Origin: Octopus sinensis
Lineage: Eukaryota
Reading direction: 5' to 3'
Length of the DNA: 64,000 nt
Assembly: GCF_006345805.1 (NCBI RefSeq)
Contig: NC_043002.1
Coordinates: forward strand, 40,610,001 to 40,674,000
The notes beneath the pieces are model-generated. The model did no database searches. It was not told the origin of the DNA and saw only the letters and a program-made list of their open reading frames with translations. Shown here piece by piece: positions 35,606 through 51,163 of this stretch; position 1 is the first letter of the stretch, and every line of letters begins with the position of its first letter. Made by a program: the position numbers and the translations under genes.

Positions 35606-38029
35606 TGCAGCATTTGGCATGTGCATGCATGTATGTGTGTCCGTGTCCTTGTCTTGACATCATGTGATGCTAGTAAAAGAACATCATCACACAAGTGATG
35701 TTGTTCGTTTCTAGTCTTCCATGAAAAACATGTCTAGTTATAAAGGTTGGTGACAGGAAGGGCATCTGGTTATAGAAAATCTGTTTCATCTGACCTATGC
35801 AAGCATGGAAGAATAAACATCAAAATATGATGATGATGATCAAAATCATGATCCCTCTATGCCTTTTTCATTCAATTCCGGCCAGATTTGAATTTACCTT
35901 ACATCCAACCAGTGATCAAACAACAAATACCAGGCATATCTTCACCTAGGGCACATAATTTATAGGTGCAGGTAAGGTTGTATGATAAGAAGCTTGCTTC
36001 CCAACCTTGTGGTCCCAGGTTCAGCCCCACTGCATGACACCTTGTGTCTCCTACTATATCCTCAGGCAGACCAAAGCCTTGTTAGTGGATCTGGTAGATA
36101 GAACTGAAAGAAGCCCATCATGTGTGTGAGTGTATGTGTGTGTGTTTGTATTTGTACCCCACCATTGCTTGACAACCAATGGTGGTGTGATTATGTCCCC
36201 ATAACTTAGCAGTTTGGCAAAAGAGACCGACAGGATAAGTACCAGTACTTAGGCATGTTTAAATGGTTAAAGCAAACATGTGATTTTGGGTTTGGTCCTA
36301 CAGCATGGCACTTTGGGCATGTGCCTTCTAAGGTCTGAGGTGGACCAATATCTTGTAAAATTGGTAGACAGAAACTGTACTGAAGCTCACCATATATTTG
36401 TGTGTGTGTGTGTGTTGTGTTCATGTCCATCTTCATGTTTGCTTGTGTCCTGTAACCTAGTAGTTCAACAAGTCGATATCAATATAGTAAGTTCCAGACT
36501 TGAAAATAAGTACTACTTGATATGATCAGGTAAACTATTAAAGTATAGTCACAGCCCAGTGACTGAAGTCAGCAGTGACGCATTAAAGGCAATCATGCCA
36601 GTAATCCAAAAAAGGCAGGTGTTACACATTGTGGTGTGGTTGGCGTTAGGAAGGGCATCCAGCCATACAAACCAAGTCAAGACAGGCTGGAGTATGGTGC
36701 AGCTCTCCAGCTTACCAGTTCCAGTCAAACCATCCAACCCATGCCAGCATGGAAAACGGACACTAAATGATGATGATGATGAACAAAAGAATCAATTCAT
36801 AAATGGCTTTTAAAAAAAGACTCAATGCTAACAATATCAATTTCTGTGACATTTTATTTGCTTCTCATTTTCTTCTTTTTGATAATGAGTACTGTTTCTA
36901 CATTATGTTTTGGAGAATATTTTAAACTATTTCATATTGATAAATTGTTCATCAGACCAACATTATTCTCTTTCCTAAATCAGAAATATGATAGAATTAA
37001 ATTTATTTCAGCCATTACAGGAGTAAAAAAAGAAAAAAAGAAGGAAGAAAGAGAAATAGAAGGACTAAATACTGATGGAAGAGTTCCCAGGATTGAGTTA
37101 ATGAAAAATCTGCAAGCAGGTTTAAAATTTGGGATGTTGTTTTATTTAATTATTTTAAATATTTTTTTCCCTGTTTTATTAATAGGATTATGAGGGATAT
37201 ATTTTTTTTCCTTTCAATTAATCATAGCTAATTGGGGAAAATATGTGACATGATTGTTATTTGTTCCAAGTTTTGATAGCATTTCATACCAATGTACAAA
37301 TATGTCTCTATATTCTAGAAACCATAGCAATAGTAAATTCAGAAATAAAACAAAACAAAAAAATAACATAAAACAAATAAAAAAGAAAGCAAACAGAAAG
37401 AGTAATAAAAAAAACAAAATGGTAAAAAAATTCATACAAAAATATATTAAAAAAATAGAGAAGTTAGTTGGTGGAAAGGAAGCCATACAGGGAAATGGCT
37501 TTCAAAGTTCTGTGTTTCTGTAAGGCATTAGCATTACTATTAAATATTGATTTGTTACAGATTGTTATCTGCTTCTACCATATCTATGATAGAAGGTTAG
37601 TATTTTCTCCTACAATCATCAAATACTTTAATTCATGTGCTATACATTTTGTTTGAATAGTCAAGAGAAAATATCAACCAAATCATAAATAGCTGTTTTG
37701 CAGAATTGAATGAATATAAAGAAACAAATGTCCTTTGCTGAGGCAGAGTTTTAGTGAGACTACAATAGGAGAACAGGACGTTTTCTCTATAGGATGTATG
37801 TCAGGGCAGTAAATACTTGTTCAAGAAAGGTAAATTGTAACGGACAATGGGGGTATTGTTTCAGAATTCATTCTATGTTAAGAATGATAAAAAGGAATTT
37901 TTAAAATAATGATAATAATAATAATCTCCTTGTTAATCACAAGAGTTTTGAAAGGGCATTACAAGAACGAATTACAGAAATGGTGTGGATTAACACAGAA
38001 TCGCAAATGGAAGCACCAAGCATGGAGAA

Positions 38030-38730
38030 CAACAACAATAATAGGGATTTCTTATACAGGAATGAAGCCAGAAATGTGGTGGGAGGAAACAGTTGATTAC
38101 ATTGACTTTAGCATTTGGTTGGTGCTTAGTTTATCAGCCACAGAAGAATGGAAAGCAAAGTCATTGTCAATCTGTAGTAATAATGATAATAACTGCTAAT
38201 AATTTAGGCACAATGCCAGCAGTTTTAAAGGGAAGGTCTAGTAAATTCCATTAACATCAGTACTTGATTAGTATTTTATTTTACCAGCCCTGGAAGTATG
38301 AAAGGCAAAGTCACTCTACAGTAATGGTAATGACAATTGTTTCTAATTTAGGCACAACTCCGGCAATTTTGAAGAGAGAGGACCAATCGATTCAAGTGAC
38401 TATAGTACTTGACTGGTAGTTTAATTTATTGACTGCAGAAGGATGAAAGGAGAAGTTAACTTTGGAGGAGAAATGATAAAAGAAATATAGAGCACGGAAA
38501 AGATAGAAGAAACATTGGTTTCAAATTTTAGCACAAGGCCAGTAAGTTTGGGGAGAGAGAAAGTCGATTATATCAACCCCTGTGCTCAAGTGGTACTTAT
38601 TTTATTGACCCAGAAAGGATAAAAGGCAATGTCAACCTAGGCGAATATGAACTCAAAACAAAGATGGATGAAATATCACTAACTATTTTGTCCAGTGTGC
38701 TAAACAATTCTGCCAGCTCACCACCTTAGT
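38030..38730 (-). mobile_element. Train of ~4-5 partial or complete family A SINEs
   Basis: Repeated ggcacaa...gattacattgac...aaggatgaaaggcaaagtc modules, all in the same orientation. Confidence 0.7.
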
Positions 38731-38742
38731 TAGAATAAATAT

Positions 38743-38908
38743 GTTAGTTAGTTAGTTAGTTAATTTGGCTCAAGAGCAAATAGCAAGGCCATGTAAGGGG
38801 ACATGGAGTTAAGTACAGGGTGGTGTTCATGTAAAGAGTTCAGGCCACTTGAGGTCAAGGGAGGCTTTGAACAAAGCGGTCGTCGGCATCTTCACCATCT
38901 CATCTAGG
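38743..38908 (-). mobile_element. Short CR1-like LINE 3' end with (TAAC)n tail
   Basis: Minus DEMVKMPTTALFKASLDLKWPELFT*, then a short UTR and (TAAC)n. Confidence 0.55.
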
Positions 38909-39329
38909 GGTGTTGTCTGACTCTTTAATGATTCAGTTAAACAATTGACCTATGTTTCTCACATAAGCACAAGATCTGATATTTTGTGAGGAACACCTAT
39001 GATTTGAGTTTTGTTTAACCACAGATGAGTTGGGGCTAGCTACTATAGTAATAACTGCTTTTAGTAACCTGTAACTCTGACCCAATTGTTATTTTCCTTT
39101 TACTTGTTCAGTCCAGAGGAAGAGTCATTGTCAAGACTTTTGGAGGATCTCTAAACCAGTGAAACTGATGATATTAATTTTCTTCTTGAACCACAGCAAA
39201 TCAAAACTTGCAAAAAAAAAAAAAATTAGTAGGGCCGAAAGGGTTCCAGAGAGTCAACATTCTTGGAAGGAAGACCTAGGTGTAGTGGCTGGAAAGTTGG
39301 GTACAACAAGGATGATGAGAAGGACAAGA

Positions 39330-41350
39330 AAGCTTGAATGAAGATGGTATGAGCTCAGCCAGCACCAACAAGCAGAGGCCATTATAATAGCAATAAAAAT
39401 GGCAGAGAGAGAAGACAGCACACCCATAGGCCAGAGGGTGGATCATGCCTGAGTGACTTTATTTATACCAATCAGTCAGGCAAGCATTTCCAGATTACAC
39501 TAGAATGTTAGAATGTGCAGCAGTACTGTCCCATATGTGGGAGCAATATTCCATTGTATGCTTCACCTAAGCTTTGTAGAGACTCGATAATTACTTCTTT
39601 TACTTGTTTCAGTCATTTGACTGTGGCCATGCTGGAGTACCACCCTTAGTTGAAGAAATCGACTCCAGGACTTATTCTTTGTAAGCCTAGTATTTATTCT
39701 ATCAGTTTTTTTTGCCAAACCACTAAGTTATGGGAACAAATACAGACACACAAACACATTCTTACATACATACATGCATACATACATACATACGACAGGC
39801 TTCTTTTCAGTTTCAGCCTACGAAATCCACTCACAAGGCTTTGGTTGGCCCGTGGCTATAGTAGAAGACACTTGTTGAAGGTGCCATGCAGTGAACCTGG
39901 GACCATGTGGTTGGGAAACAAGCTTTTTACCACACAGCCACTCCTGTGCCTCTTGAAGATTGAAATAACTTCTATCTCTAAATAGGAGGGTCAGATATTT
40001 GGAAGTGACTCCTGCTATGTTAAGGATGTGCTTTCATCAAGAGAGATCCTTAGTGAGAGTGAATCCTAACATTTGTAGCAATTGTGAGGGCTCTAACTGT
40101 ATGGTGTGAAGATTTTTTTTATTGTTCCTGAGTAGTGTTTGTGTTTCCTTGCTGCTGAAGAAGACAAAGTTTGACATATCCTCATTGGAGAATGCTTTCA
40201 AGGTCTTTTCCCATGGAATCCATACAAGTTTTATGTGTGATGCAAAGTTGCATGTGGATGATACATGATTGGGTAAGATGAGGGAAAGATGAAGAAAGGT
40301 ATCTTCTGGGTAAGAGTAGGCATTGTTGGACATGATGGCAAGTAGGTCATTGATGTGTAGAAAAGAATGATCAGCAAAAACGAAACCCTGGGGCTGACTG
40401 AAGTTAATAGACTGAGGAACAGAAAGAGTTCTGACAACACAAGTTGTGATAGAGTGAAATGATAAAAAACTCCTAATCAAAAAAAAAAAAAAGGAAAAAT
40501 GAACAGAGTTCACACATAGGCAATTTCAGTAGGAGATTTGCATGCTTGACATGGTTGAAAGCTTTAATGATATCAAATGACACTATGATTTCTTTTGTCA
40601 AATATCTTCAAAGCAAGAACCCATTGGTGTGTGACATAGAAGTGTCACCAGTGGGTGTAGTTTTATAGAATCTGTACTGGTCATTATTAAGGTGCTGAAG
40701 CACATCATTATATCATTGTTAATGTCTCTCTCTGTAACCAGAAGGTATTGGATGTGAGTGCAATAGGGTTATCGTTCGCAGAGTCAGAATGGTTGTCTTT
40801 CCTGAGAATGAGACACACTGTAGTGTTTCCAAAGATCAAAATAGATTGCTGAAGAAAGAGAGAGACTGAAATATTTCATGAATATAATAGGGTACAATGT
40901 TTGAAGATAATTGAAGGGATATTGTTGGGGTCAGTGACCTTTTTTGGTTTAAACCGATTGGAACTACTTTCTGACATGGCATGTGAATGCAAGGTAGTTG
41001 ACCTGAAAGGGTGGAAGGGGAAAGATTTAGAAGAAATTTGTTAAGTGTTTGCAACGTGGAGTTGGATGTAAAGCAGGCAATGAAGCTGGAGGCTTTCTCT
41101 ATGATGCTACTGCACACTAGGGTTGATAGAATGTGTATCAGAGAGCTCCCTCCTCTTAGAGTATGCTGCCATGGATTGGTCTGACACAAAATATTCCATT
41201 TCAACTAATGACAAATTGAGTCCTTAGACAAGTATCTTAGCTAGAAGGTTCTTATGCTAGATATGGCCCAAAATATTTCTGATATCAAAGGCAACAACAT
41301 TGCAAGAAATCACTGGTGTAGGATGCAGTGAACAAATATTCGGTCAATCT
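39330..41350 (-). mobile_element. Highly degenerate CR1/Jockey-group LINE RT region, interrupted by a SINE (39596-39950)
   Basis: Minus fragments PQGFVF...HINDLL...SYPEDT (PQGS..INDL..YADD-like) and YKA.VKHTMEYCSHIW. Confidence 0.65.
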
Positions 41351-41642
41351 ACTCTTTAGAAATTGAACTGGTAGTTACTAAAACAAGGTCATAACATGCA
41401 GCCAGTTCTCTTCATAAATCTGAGGCTTTATGAAATCAGTCAAGCATTAATGTCACTGATTAGTCATGCTTTTGTGTGTAAATGTTTTTTTACAAAACAT
41501 TCTACATTGTCTTTTTTTCAAGCACATGTGTATTAAATGTTTCTGAAAAGCAGATATTTCAAGTCAATAATGGAGGCAATTTATAATACCAATCATTTAA
41601 CTTTCAAGAGAAATTTGTGTTTAAAAAAGATTATAAACTCAC

Positions 41643-41689
41643 CTCAGTCCATTTCTTACTTCCAGGATCCTGTGTAAACAGCACACACA
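41643..41689 (-). CDS. CPNE8-like: Copine coding exon: (M)CVLFTQDPGSKKWTE
   Basis: Minus strand reads atttattttctag|TGTGTGTGCTGTTTACACAGGATCCTGGAAGTAAGAAATGGACTGAG|gtgagt. It is 47 nt, phase-compatible with both neighbouring exons, and matches the copine SDPxCVLy...WxE segment. Confidence 0.92.
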
Positions 41690-42673
41690 CTAGAAAATAA
41701 ATATTCACAGTAAGAATCTTATAACATAATTCTAAAACAAATTAACTATAAAATTGTCCAGTACATATTTATGTAATTAACTGAGCACCAGTTGATCATG
41801 ACATAAATAATGTTATATGGAGTTAATTAAACAGTAGCACCTTGTTGATAAGTGATCAACTAGGTCAGTAATCAACAACAGAAAAACAAACTTTACAGCC
41901 CCAAGCTATTGCTGGCACTTTACAAAGTGTAGTTGCAGCCCACATGGGGTACTGCTGAATAAATATCCAAGGCCTACCCAGAAAAAGTTACCAAACTGAT
42001 TGTCATAAAGTCACTCACAACCATACTCTGTAAGCCAGAGAATGGATTCTCTGGCTTACAGGTGAGCTGTCTGCTCTCTCTACCTTTTCCATTGCAGCTA
42101 AAATGGCCTTTACTTTTAAGTGCTTGTTAGACTCATCCCTCTTCTACACAAGTGTTTCCTCCTCTCATTACACTTGTGTTGAACCCCAGGCCCCAGGACT
42201 CATACTAATCACTACTCTGAGTCCTTCCAAGAACACTGAACCTGATGCCATTTCCATCCTGAGGTATTAGCCAAGTAACAACAGATTTCAACAGATCCTA
42301 GGGGAAATAATTCTGATAACATTTTGCATGCATGCATGTGTGTGTGTGTGTGTGAAGGCATGTGTGTGCTAGTTTAGGAATCTAATGAGATTATGTATGT
42401 GTTTCAATGAAACTCACACCAACTTCCAGCTTCTCAATTCTCTGACCAGAATACCCCAGAGCTATATCAAAACTTTCCTGAGACAAAAGTAAAGCTCTCT
42501 AAATTGCCTTGAATTTCTTATATTCTCAAATAACTTTTTCTTTCTTTATGAATTACTTTTCTTGTACACACTTTGCTATTTCGAGTTTGCATTCATTAAA
42601 ATTTTTTTTAGTAATTTGTTTCACCTTCTCATTTACTAATCTATCACTTTCAATATTTTCTTTCAGCATTTCT

Positions 42674-42704
<31 letters not shown>

Positions 42705-45700
42705 GGAGAGAGAGAGGGGGGGAGTGAGAGAGAGAGAGAGAGAAAGGGGGGGAGAGGGAGAGAGAGAAACACCTCTAATTTTCCAGCAATTTATTATCTG
42801 TACATAATTTCATTCAGATACAGCTTTGTCATAGTTCTCAGTCCAAACTTAAAATTGTTCAAAATAAGTGTTTTCAGTTTCTCTACTGTAAATCCATCAT
42901 TTCAATATTTACTTTCAGTGTTTTTTAGATATATAACATATCAATGCTATTATTTTTGAAATGGAAAGGGGGTTACCAGACAAATCTTTCATCATTTCAT
43001 ATATATCATTGACAGTGGCTGTTTCTCATGTCTGAGAATATTAATTTCCTCCACACTAAGTGATCCCTCATGTTGATGGTATTATTAGTCAGTGAAAATG
43101 TCAATATTAGAGCAAAACAAACAATAACAAAGATGGCAAGGGCCAGTAGAAGGCATGGTTTTTGTTGTTGAATCCTGTGTTCCTTACATTGTTTCCATGA
43201 ACTAAATTCACTCACAAGGCATTGGTTAACCAAGATTACAGTAGATGATTGTCCAAGGTTCTGCACTGTGGGACTGAACCTGAAACCATCTGGCTACAAA
43301 GTGAGTTTCTTAACCACACAACCATGCATGTGTGTGTGTATGTGCTTCTATGCTTCAACTGTTAATTTTCTTTTCTAGGACTACATTGTTGGTTGTGTAG
43401 TCCTCCTATTTGATGTTTAAGATGGTACAGAGCATTTGCAGAAAGAAATGCTTCAGTTTTTTTGATGTCCTGAAGATAAAATGTTCATGCTTTATAGTCA
43501 TATATAATGATAAGACCAACAGTTTGATAAATCAGTTTATTTTTAGTGTCAGTAAAGTATTGCAAATCAGGCAGAAAATGATGAATTCAAGTGTTGTAGT
43601 GATTCCTTGAACAAAGCATTTAACTACTTTTGAGTGGATTTGTGAGACAAAAACTGAAAGAAGACTGTCATATATATATATATAAAATATGAATTAGAGA
43701 TAAAACCACTATTAGGTTACTCAAACAGTGATAGACATAAACCAATACATAAATAACAAATAATATAAATATAATTAATATAATATATATAAAATTTAAA
43801 ATTTGAATATTTTTTTTATCAAAAAGTATAAAAAGAATGATAAATATAATATAATTATAATATAATATATATACATACACACACACAGACACATATATAT
43901 ATTTATGGTTGTGAGTGTGTGTGTGGTTTTGTATGAGTGAGGTTCTATTTTCAAGTCTACACATGTTTTTCTCACTGATTGTAAACAAAGGTGCAGGTAT
44001 GGCTGTGTGTTAAGAAGTTTACCTCCCAATCACACAGTCCCAGGATCAGTTCCACTTTGTGACAACTTGGGCAAATATCTTTTATGATACCCTCAGGCTA
44101 ACCAAAGCCTTTTAAGTAGACAGAAACTGAAAGAAGCAAACACACGAACGTGTGTGTGTGTGTGTGTATGCATGTATGTGCATATGTGCGAGCATATCTT
44201 TGTATTTATGTTCATTTCCCACCATCACCTACCAATTAGTGCTGGTTTGTTGTTTATGTTGCAGTAATTTAACAATTCAGCATGAGAGATTAACAGAACA
44301 AGTTACAAGCTTAAAGATAAATACTGGGGTCATTTTGTTTGACTAAACCCATCAAGGCAGTGCTCCAGAATGGCTGCAATCTAATGACTGAAACTGTCCT
44401 TTGCATGCTGTCCGTCACAAAAAATGTCCAGACTTCTTCATACATCTTGAAATGTTGCATGAACTTTGCAAACAAAAGGATCATTTATACTTCACATAGT
44501 TGTCATTTGTTTCCATTTTTTTTTTATTGCCTAAAGCATGCCTAAGTTGTTTGTTGTTTGATAGACAGAGATAACTATCTCATCTGGGAACATGTGGGGG
44601 TTGGCAACAAGAAGGACACCTGGCCATAGCAAACACTCCTCCAACATGCCTTCATTTGATATCCATGCAATCATAGAAAAATATGCATAAAATGATGATG
44701 ATGATGATGATGTTGACAATGATGTTGATGATGATTATTTATGGTTCTGTGACAAGGCATAGTCTTCAGAAATAATTCACTGGTGTGGTTGTGTGGTAAG
44801 ATGTTTGCTTTCCAACCACATGGTTCTGGGTTCAGTCCCACTGCATGGTACTTTGGGTAAGTGTCTTCTATTATAGCTGATCAAAGCCTTGTGAGTGGAT
44901 TTGGTAGACTCAAACTCTAAGAAATCTGTTGTGTATATATGTATGTGTGTGTGTATCTCTCTCTCTCTCTCTCCATATATTATATATATTATATATATAT
45001 GTGTGTGTGTATATGTTTGACTGTCTATCTATATATATATATATATATATCATCAACATTAACATCTGCTTTTCATGCTGGCATGGCTTGGACGGTTTGA
45101 TTGAAGACTTGTAAGTTAGGGTGGGGTTGCTGCACCAGGTTCCAATCTGATTTGACAAGGTTTCTATGGCTGGATGCCTTTGCTAATGCCAACCACTTCG
45201 AGAGTGTAGTGGGTGATTCTAAGTGCCGCCGGCATTGATCAGACACTGGTATCAGCCACAACTATGGCCTCACTTGGCTTGACAGGTCAACACAAGCAAA
45301 GTATGTCACCAAGAGTCTTGGTCACCTGTCACTACCTCCATGAGACCCAACACTCAAATGGTGCTTTTTATGTGCCACCGGCATGAGTGCCAGTCAGGCG
45401 GCACTAGCATATATCTATGTGTATATGCTATGTTTGTGTTTGACTCCCAGTCCCCATCACCACCACAGCTTGACAACCAGTGTTGGTTTGTTTACTTCCC
45501 TGTAACTTAGCAGTTTGACAAAAGATACCAATAGAAAAAGTACCAGGCTTTTTAAAAAATGCACTGGGGTTGTTTTGCTCAACAAAAATGCTTTAAGGCA
45601 GTGCCCCAGCATGGCTACAGTCTAATGATTGAAACAAGCAAAAGAACAGATAAAAAAAATAAAAGAATAAAGTTTATCAGAAACCCTAGTTTGCCACTAA

Positions 45701-46224
45701 TGAAAATAATTCATTTTTGTCTTACATTTTATATAGTAGAACAGAAATATGTAAATGCAATCTGTTATTCAATACATCATAAAAAATGAACACATTCAAT
45801 AATATTTTTTCTATAACACAGTTTCCTTCCTTTTTAGAACTCCTAAACTATACATAATCAATCTCTTCAGCATCAATAGCTAACCTGAAAACTATTAAAG
45901 AAAATAGTATTACAACTCATTGGCTTTATTAATGTTTCTGTTCAAAGTCATTCACTATAAAATTTACCCTATCCCACCAAAACAATGGGTTCTAGATAAT
46001 GAAATACATACACAATTTAATCATAAGCATCACTATTGAAACTGACATATTGAAGTTCCTTTTTAATAATGGTCAGATTAAAAGTACTATTGATAGTCCA
46101 TATCCAATATGAAAAAAAAAATTATGTGGTTACTAAACCAGCAAGAATTAGCAGCAAAATCTTTATCATATCATAATTTATCTTAAAAATAATGGAAGAA
46201 CACATTTGATAATGTAATCCTAGA

Positions 46225-46488
46225 TAATAAAAAAAATAATAAATGCACCCTTTTAAAGCCTAGCCAGGCTCATGGGCCCGGTTTCCCAGTTTCAATGGCA
46301 TATGTGTTTCACAACTGGATGGGATGCCAGTCCATTGCAGCGTTACTCATTTTTGCCAGCTGAGTGGACTGGAGTAGCATGAAATGAAGTGTTTTGCTCA
46401 AGAACACATGTCGCCCGGTCCAGGAATCGAAACCACAATCTTACGATCATGATGCTGACACCCTAACCACTAAACCATGCACCTCCAC
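46225..46488 (-). mobile_element. SINE family C with imperfect 11-bp TSD
   Basis: Flanks GTAATCCTAGA / GTAGTCCTAGA. tRNA-like head, gtgttcttgagcaaaacact block and gcaatggactggcatcccatccag block. Copies with the same head but another tail at ~32220-32530 and 49660-49928. Confidence 0.8.
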
Positions 46489-49400
46489 GTAGTCCTAGAC
46501 ACAGTGGTAAGAATAGTAAAATGGGATGGTTACACTGGAAATATCTTTGATCACAAGCTACCAGGATCCATCTAACATGGCACTAAGCAACAAATGCTTT
46601 TAATGTTAATTTTGAAATATTGCAGGTTAGAATGGTGTTTCTTATGAAGGATGCTAAGACAGTTGAAAACGAGACAGACATATTGCCATTTTGATAAAAT
46701 TCAGATGGTTGAAGAACTTTTAAATTTGTCCAGTATTATGGTGATATTATATGGACGAAAACCATTATTTACAGAGGTGTATTTGTTAGGCAAATGACTT
46801 GTTTTGAGATTATATGTTGAAACTAAAACAATTGCAGTGTGGAAGACACATATACTAGCCATTCAAGAACACACAAAGATTGTTAACTTCACTTAAACAA
46901 TTATTATTTTGGGTCAAAACTTTTGTTGCTCCAACAGCCACCTTGTCACTAACATGATCCCGCTGCTCCACTTCATCTAGTTTGTGGTGAGAATATTGGT
47001 TTATATGCATAGGTTCTGGAAGGAGGTGAGCTAGCAGAATTGTTAGCACACTGGGCAAAATGCTTAGCAGCATTTTGTTTTTCTTAACATTCTGAGTTCA
47101 AATTCCACTGAGGTCGACTTTGCCTTTCATAGTATGGGGTTGATAAAATAAGTACCAGTTGAGCACTGGGGTCGATGTAATAAACTTACCCCAACCCCCA
47201 AACTTGCTGGCCTTCTGTCAAAATTTGAAACCAATATATGTGTTCTGGGGGGTGGGGTCTATATAGATCAGTCATTCTTGTTGGATGCTCATAGGTGGTC
47301 AGTTAACTTCAATATTTGGTTGTATTATCTCTTCTTTCTTTCCTTCTTTCTTCCTTTGGCAGTTAACTAACAACATATAGGAACAGTACAATAACACTAA
47401 TACAGATTCACTGTATATCCCATAAAATCCTGAGAAATAAATCTTAAGTCTTAAATCTGTCACAGGCATAAAAGATTCATTAAGCTGGAGTTTATCTCAG
47501 TTCCTATGGTATTTATGTGACTAAGAATAAAATATTCCTTACTGAATGGGATATCAATCTGTTATAGAATTAATCCCCAAGTATCACTGGTACTCATTTT
47601 TGGCTGAGTGAGCAACAAGAAATGAAGTATTTTGCTCAAGAGCTCAAAACTCTATTTGGCTTGGGTATCAAAAACATAACTTTATGATCACAAATTCAAC
47701 TTTCTAACTACTCTAGGCTCAGAAGAGTTGAGTTGTCATACAACACTCATAAACCCCAAGGAATCAAGGCTATATTAACCCAAAAGAGTCCATCTTGCTC
47801 ACCTCTACCACAAGTCAAGCATATTAAAACAACATTAGATTATCAACAAACCGAGAGTAAAAAGTCATGAACAATGAATTCCATTAACTGTATTTATTAG
47901 CAATAAAGGCAGTAATAATACTGAGAGGTACTATTTATCCCCAGTTAAATATGGATGTACTGTTAGAACAAACTATACTGTGATAGATAACATGAGAGAA
48001 ACTCTCATATTGGCTTTTGGTGCAAAATGCACTCTTGTTTATATTGCTAGCAGAGAGATAAATCCCTGCTACCTCCAGTGCTGAGACAACCAGATCATGT
48101 GATTTATACATTCCTTAGCCTTATCAGTGAAGGATATTTGACTGCTAGAGAGCAGCAACTCACCTCCCTGCCAGCGATATATAGAAAATCAATGCTTGGT
48201 GTTGTGATTAGCCAGTGAGCTTCTTAAAAAATATACAGTGACTATGAATTTACACAACTAAGCACTCAATAATGTAATGTGCATGATACCAGATGTAACT
48301 GAAATTTTCTATGTACAAACTTGTTAGCCTAATGTGTTCCAATTTACTGTCACAGATATCCTCTAACAGTACAGACTAGAATAGCAAATAAGTAATGTAC
48401 ACTCATTTTGCATCTTTACATTCAGCCTAAAAACTGAGTGCTTCCAATATTCATTATAATTTCAATATTTCTGCTAACTGTTAATTTTTATCTCTTTAAA
48501 TTTAACAGTTATCTATTGCTTCTAATTATACTAAAGCAGAACCTTTAGAAGTTATGTCCTCAAACTTTGATATTTACAGGATTGATAACAGACCAATCTT
48601 CAGCTCCTTTAAAATTTTCCATTCCAGTTGGAACGTTTCTATATTTTACACAGTTATCTCTTCTACAGAATATGTCATAAAAGGTTTCATTGGCAAGAAT
48701 CGATGAGAAAATTCTGTGAAACTTTAGGTTTTATACAGAAAATAATTTTCATTTAGAATTTTAATGAAAGGAATTAAGAGAAAAATGCAAAACTTTTAGC
48801 AAGCTAATATTTTTCTATTATATTCTTTAAAACTTAATGGGTTTTCCAAGCTTTTAATAAACTTAAAGAAAGCAATAATGTGTGATTAATAGTGCAACTC
48901 AACATGAAATCAGTTTTGTATAAATAACTGGAAAAATTATAGTGACCTTATGATGTCAGAAATTTCATTAATCTGATGAATAATAAAATCTAAGAATACA
49001 AAAGCTTCTATAGAATGCAAGAAGAATAAAGGAAGAAGAAACTGAAGATTGTATTTAGAAGCAACAAGCAGACATAGACAACAGATAAGAGTTGAGGAAA
49101 ATGAAAGTGAAAACGAAAGTAAAAATGAAAGAAGTAAAATGAAGATTATACACTGCAAAAGAAAGGAACTCTGTTTATAATGATGAAGACAATGTAACAC
49201 TTGGGGCAATGAATAATAGCATATATGAAGGTGGTTGCTAAAATAAGAGACTAATGATATGGAATGTCTACCATAGTACATCTAATTCATAGTCTAAGTC
49301 TTTCAGAATAGAGTAACGTTGGTATACATGGCAGTTTACGGAAATGGAAGCTGGGAAATCAATTGAACTGACACTGTTGCTTTCATGATGCTAAACTGTG

Positions 49401-50629
49401 TTTATCAATGGATAAAGACAGTGATCTGCAGCATCTCAGCTGTAAATATTGGACCAGCACAAAAACAAGACAGAGGATGTTTAAGATCTAAAAAAGAAGA
49501 TAATTTTAAGATCAATTTTTGTCAATTTATTTTTATATTGTATCAATGGTCTCCAACCATTACACATGGTGAACAGTGAACTAAAAAAAAAACTAGTACT
49601 ACTGCTGCTGCTGTTGCTGGCACCACCAAAACCACTAACACAACCACCTATCAATGGAACAGCCTGTTTGTAAATATGAACGTGTAAGTGGCTGAGCACT
49701 CCACAGACACATGTACCCTTAAAGTAGTTCTTGGAGAGATTCAGCATGACAGTGCATGTGACAAGGCTGACCTTTTGAAATACAGGTACAACTCATTTTT
49801 GCCAGCTGAGTGGACTAGAGCAATGTGAAATAAAGTGTCTTGCTCAAGGACACAATGCGAGTCCTGGAATTGAACTTACAACCTTATAATTGTGAGCTGC
49901 ATACTCCAATCACTAAGCCACAGGCCTTCACTTGCTGCTGTTAGAGCTGTTACAACAGCAGCAGCCACAGCCACTGCTGCCGCCACCACCTCCGCTGCCA
50001 CCACCACCACCTTCTCCATTCAAATAAACTGAGATGTTAAATTTTACATTATTACAACTAACCAATATATTGAGGTTAATAAGTGTATTAACCCTGGTGT
50101 GAGTACATTTAAATACACCTGCCAAGGTTCTAACATGTTTGCCCACCTAATATACAGCGAGTACCCTATCCCTAATGGACATTCCGAAATGTATGTAACA
50201 AATGAACTGGATTACATTTTCATGTTATAGATTAATGAAATAAAATTAAAAACTAAAATAAAAGCCTTTTAAACACTAACAGAAATTTGTAACCATTTCC
50301 ATTGGGAAATAAAACTTTTTGTAGAAGGTTAAATAATGGTAAATTCTAGCTAATTCTGCTGTTTACAGAATTATTCCTACAGGCGTGTCAGAGGTAATAA
50401 TTCATAACATTTGTAAAGATGTACTATTTTAATTGAATTTCTGTTGTTTCACTTCTTTTCAAATTTGCTGTCCTCATTAATTTGATTTTTGTACCATCTA
50501 CTTGGCCATTATGTGTCGTTAATGTATTTATAAATGTTGTGTACACATACATGTACGTAAGTATTTATACAAGTATGTATTTAAGTGTGTGTGCATATAT
50601 ACGTGTGTGTATGTGTGTTTGTATATGTA

Positions 50630-50678
<49 letters not shown>

Positions 50679-51163
50679 ATACGTAAGTCAATGTGGCCTA
50701 TATGTGTGTAAACATGATTGTAGGTGAGAATAAATACATGTGACAATTTGATTACTTATCGGAGTTTGTATCTTTCTCTTCATTGATCTGTAGGTGTTGC
50801 CCAGTTTCTGCACAAATTTATGTAAATTTCATTATAACCATGTCTATAGCAATAGCATTTTCTGCTCTGAAGTGTACACATGGGTGTCTGTCTAATTTTG
50901 TATATGTAACCTTTATCATTGATGTTGGTGTTTATATATGTTTGCTGAGATTGACATTCAATATTTTGCCTCTTTTGACCTATGAGAAATGTTTATGAGA
51001 GGAACCAGATTTCAAAGATTGAAATGTAGAAATTGCCATAGTTGTAAAGACATTAATTATAATGAATTTATGTTTTTCGATATCTAAATTTCATTGGTTA
51101 ATAAAGATCAAGCTTTCAGGAAGAGGTTTAGAAAGAAAATTGTACTAAAGTACTGAATACAGC

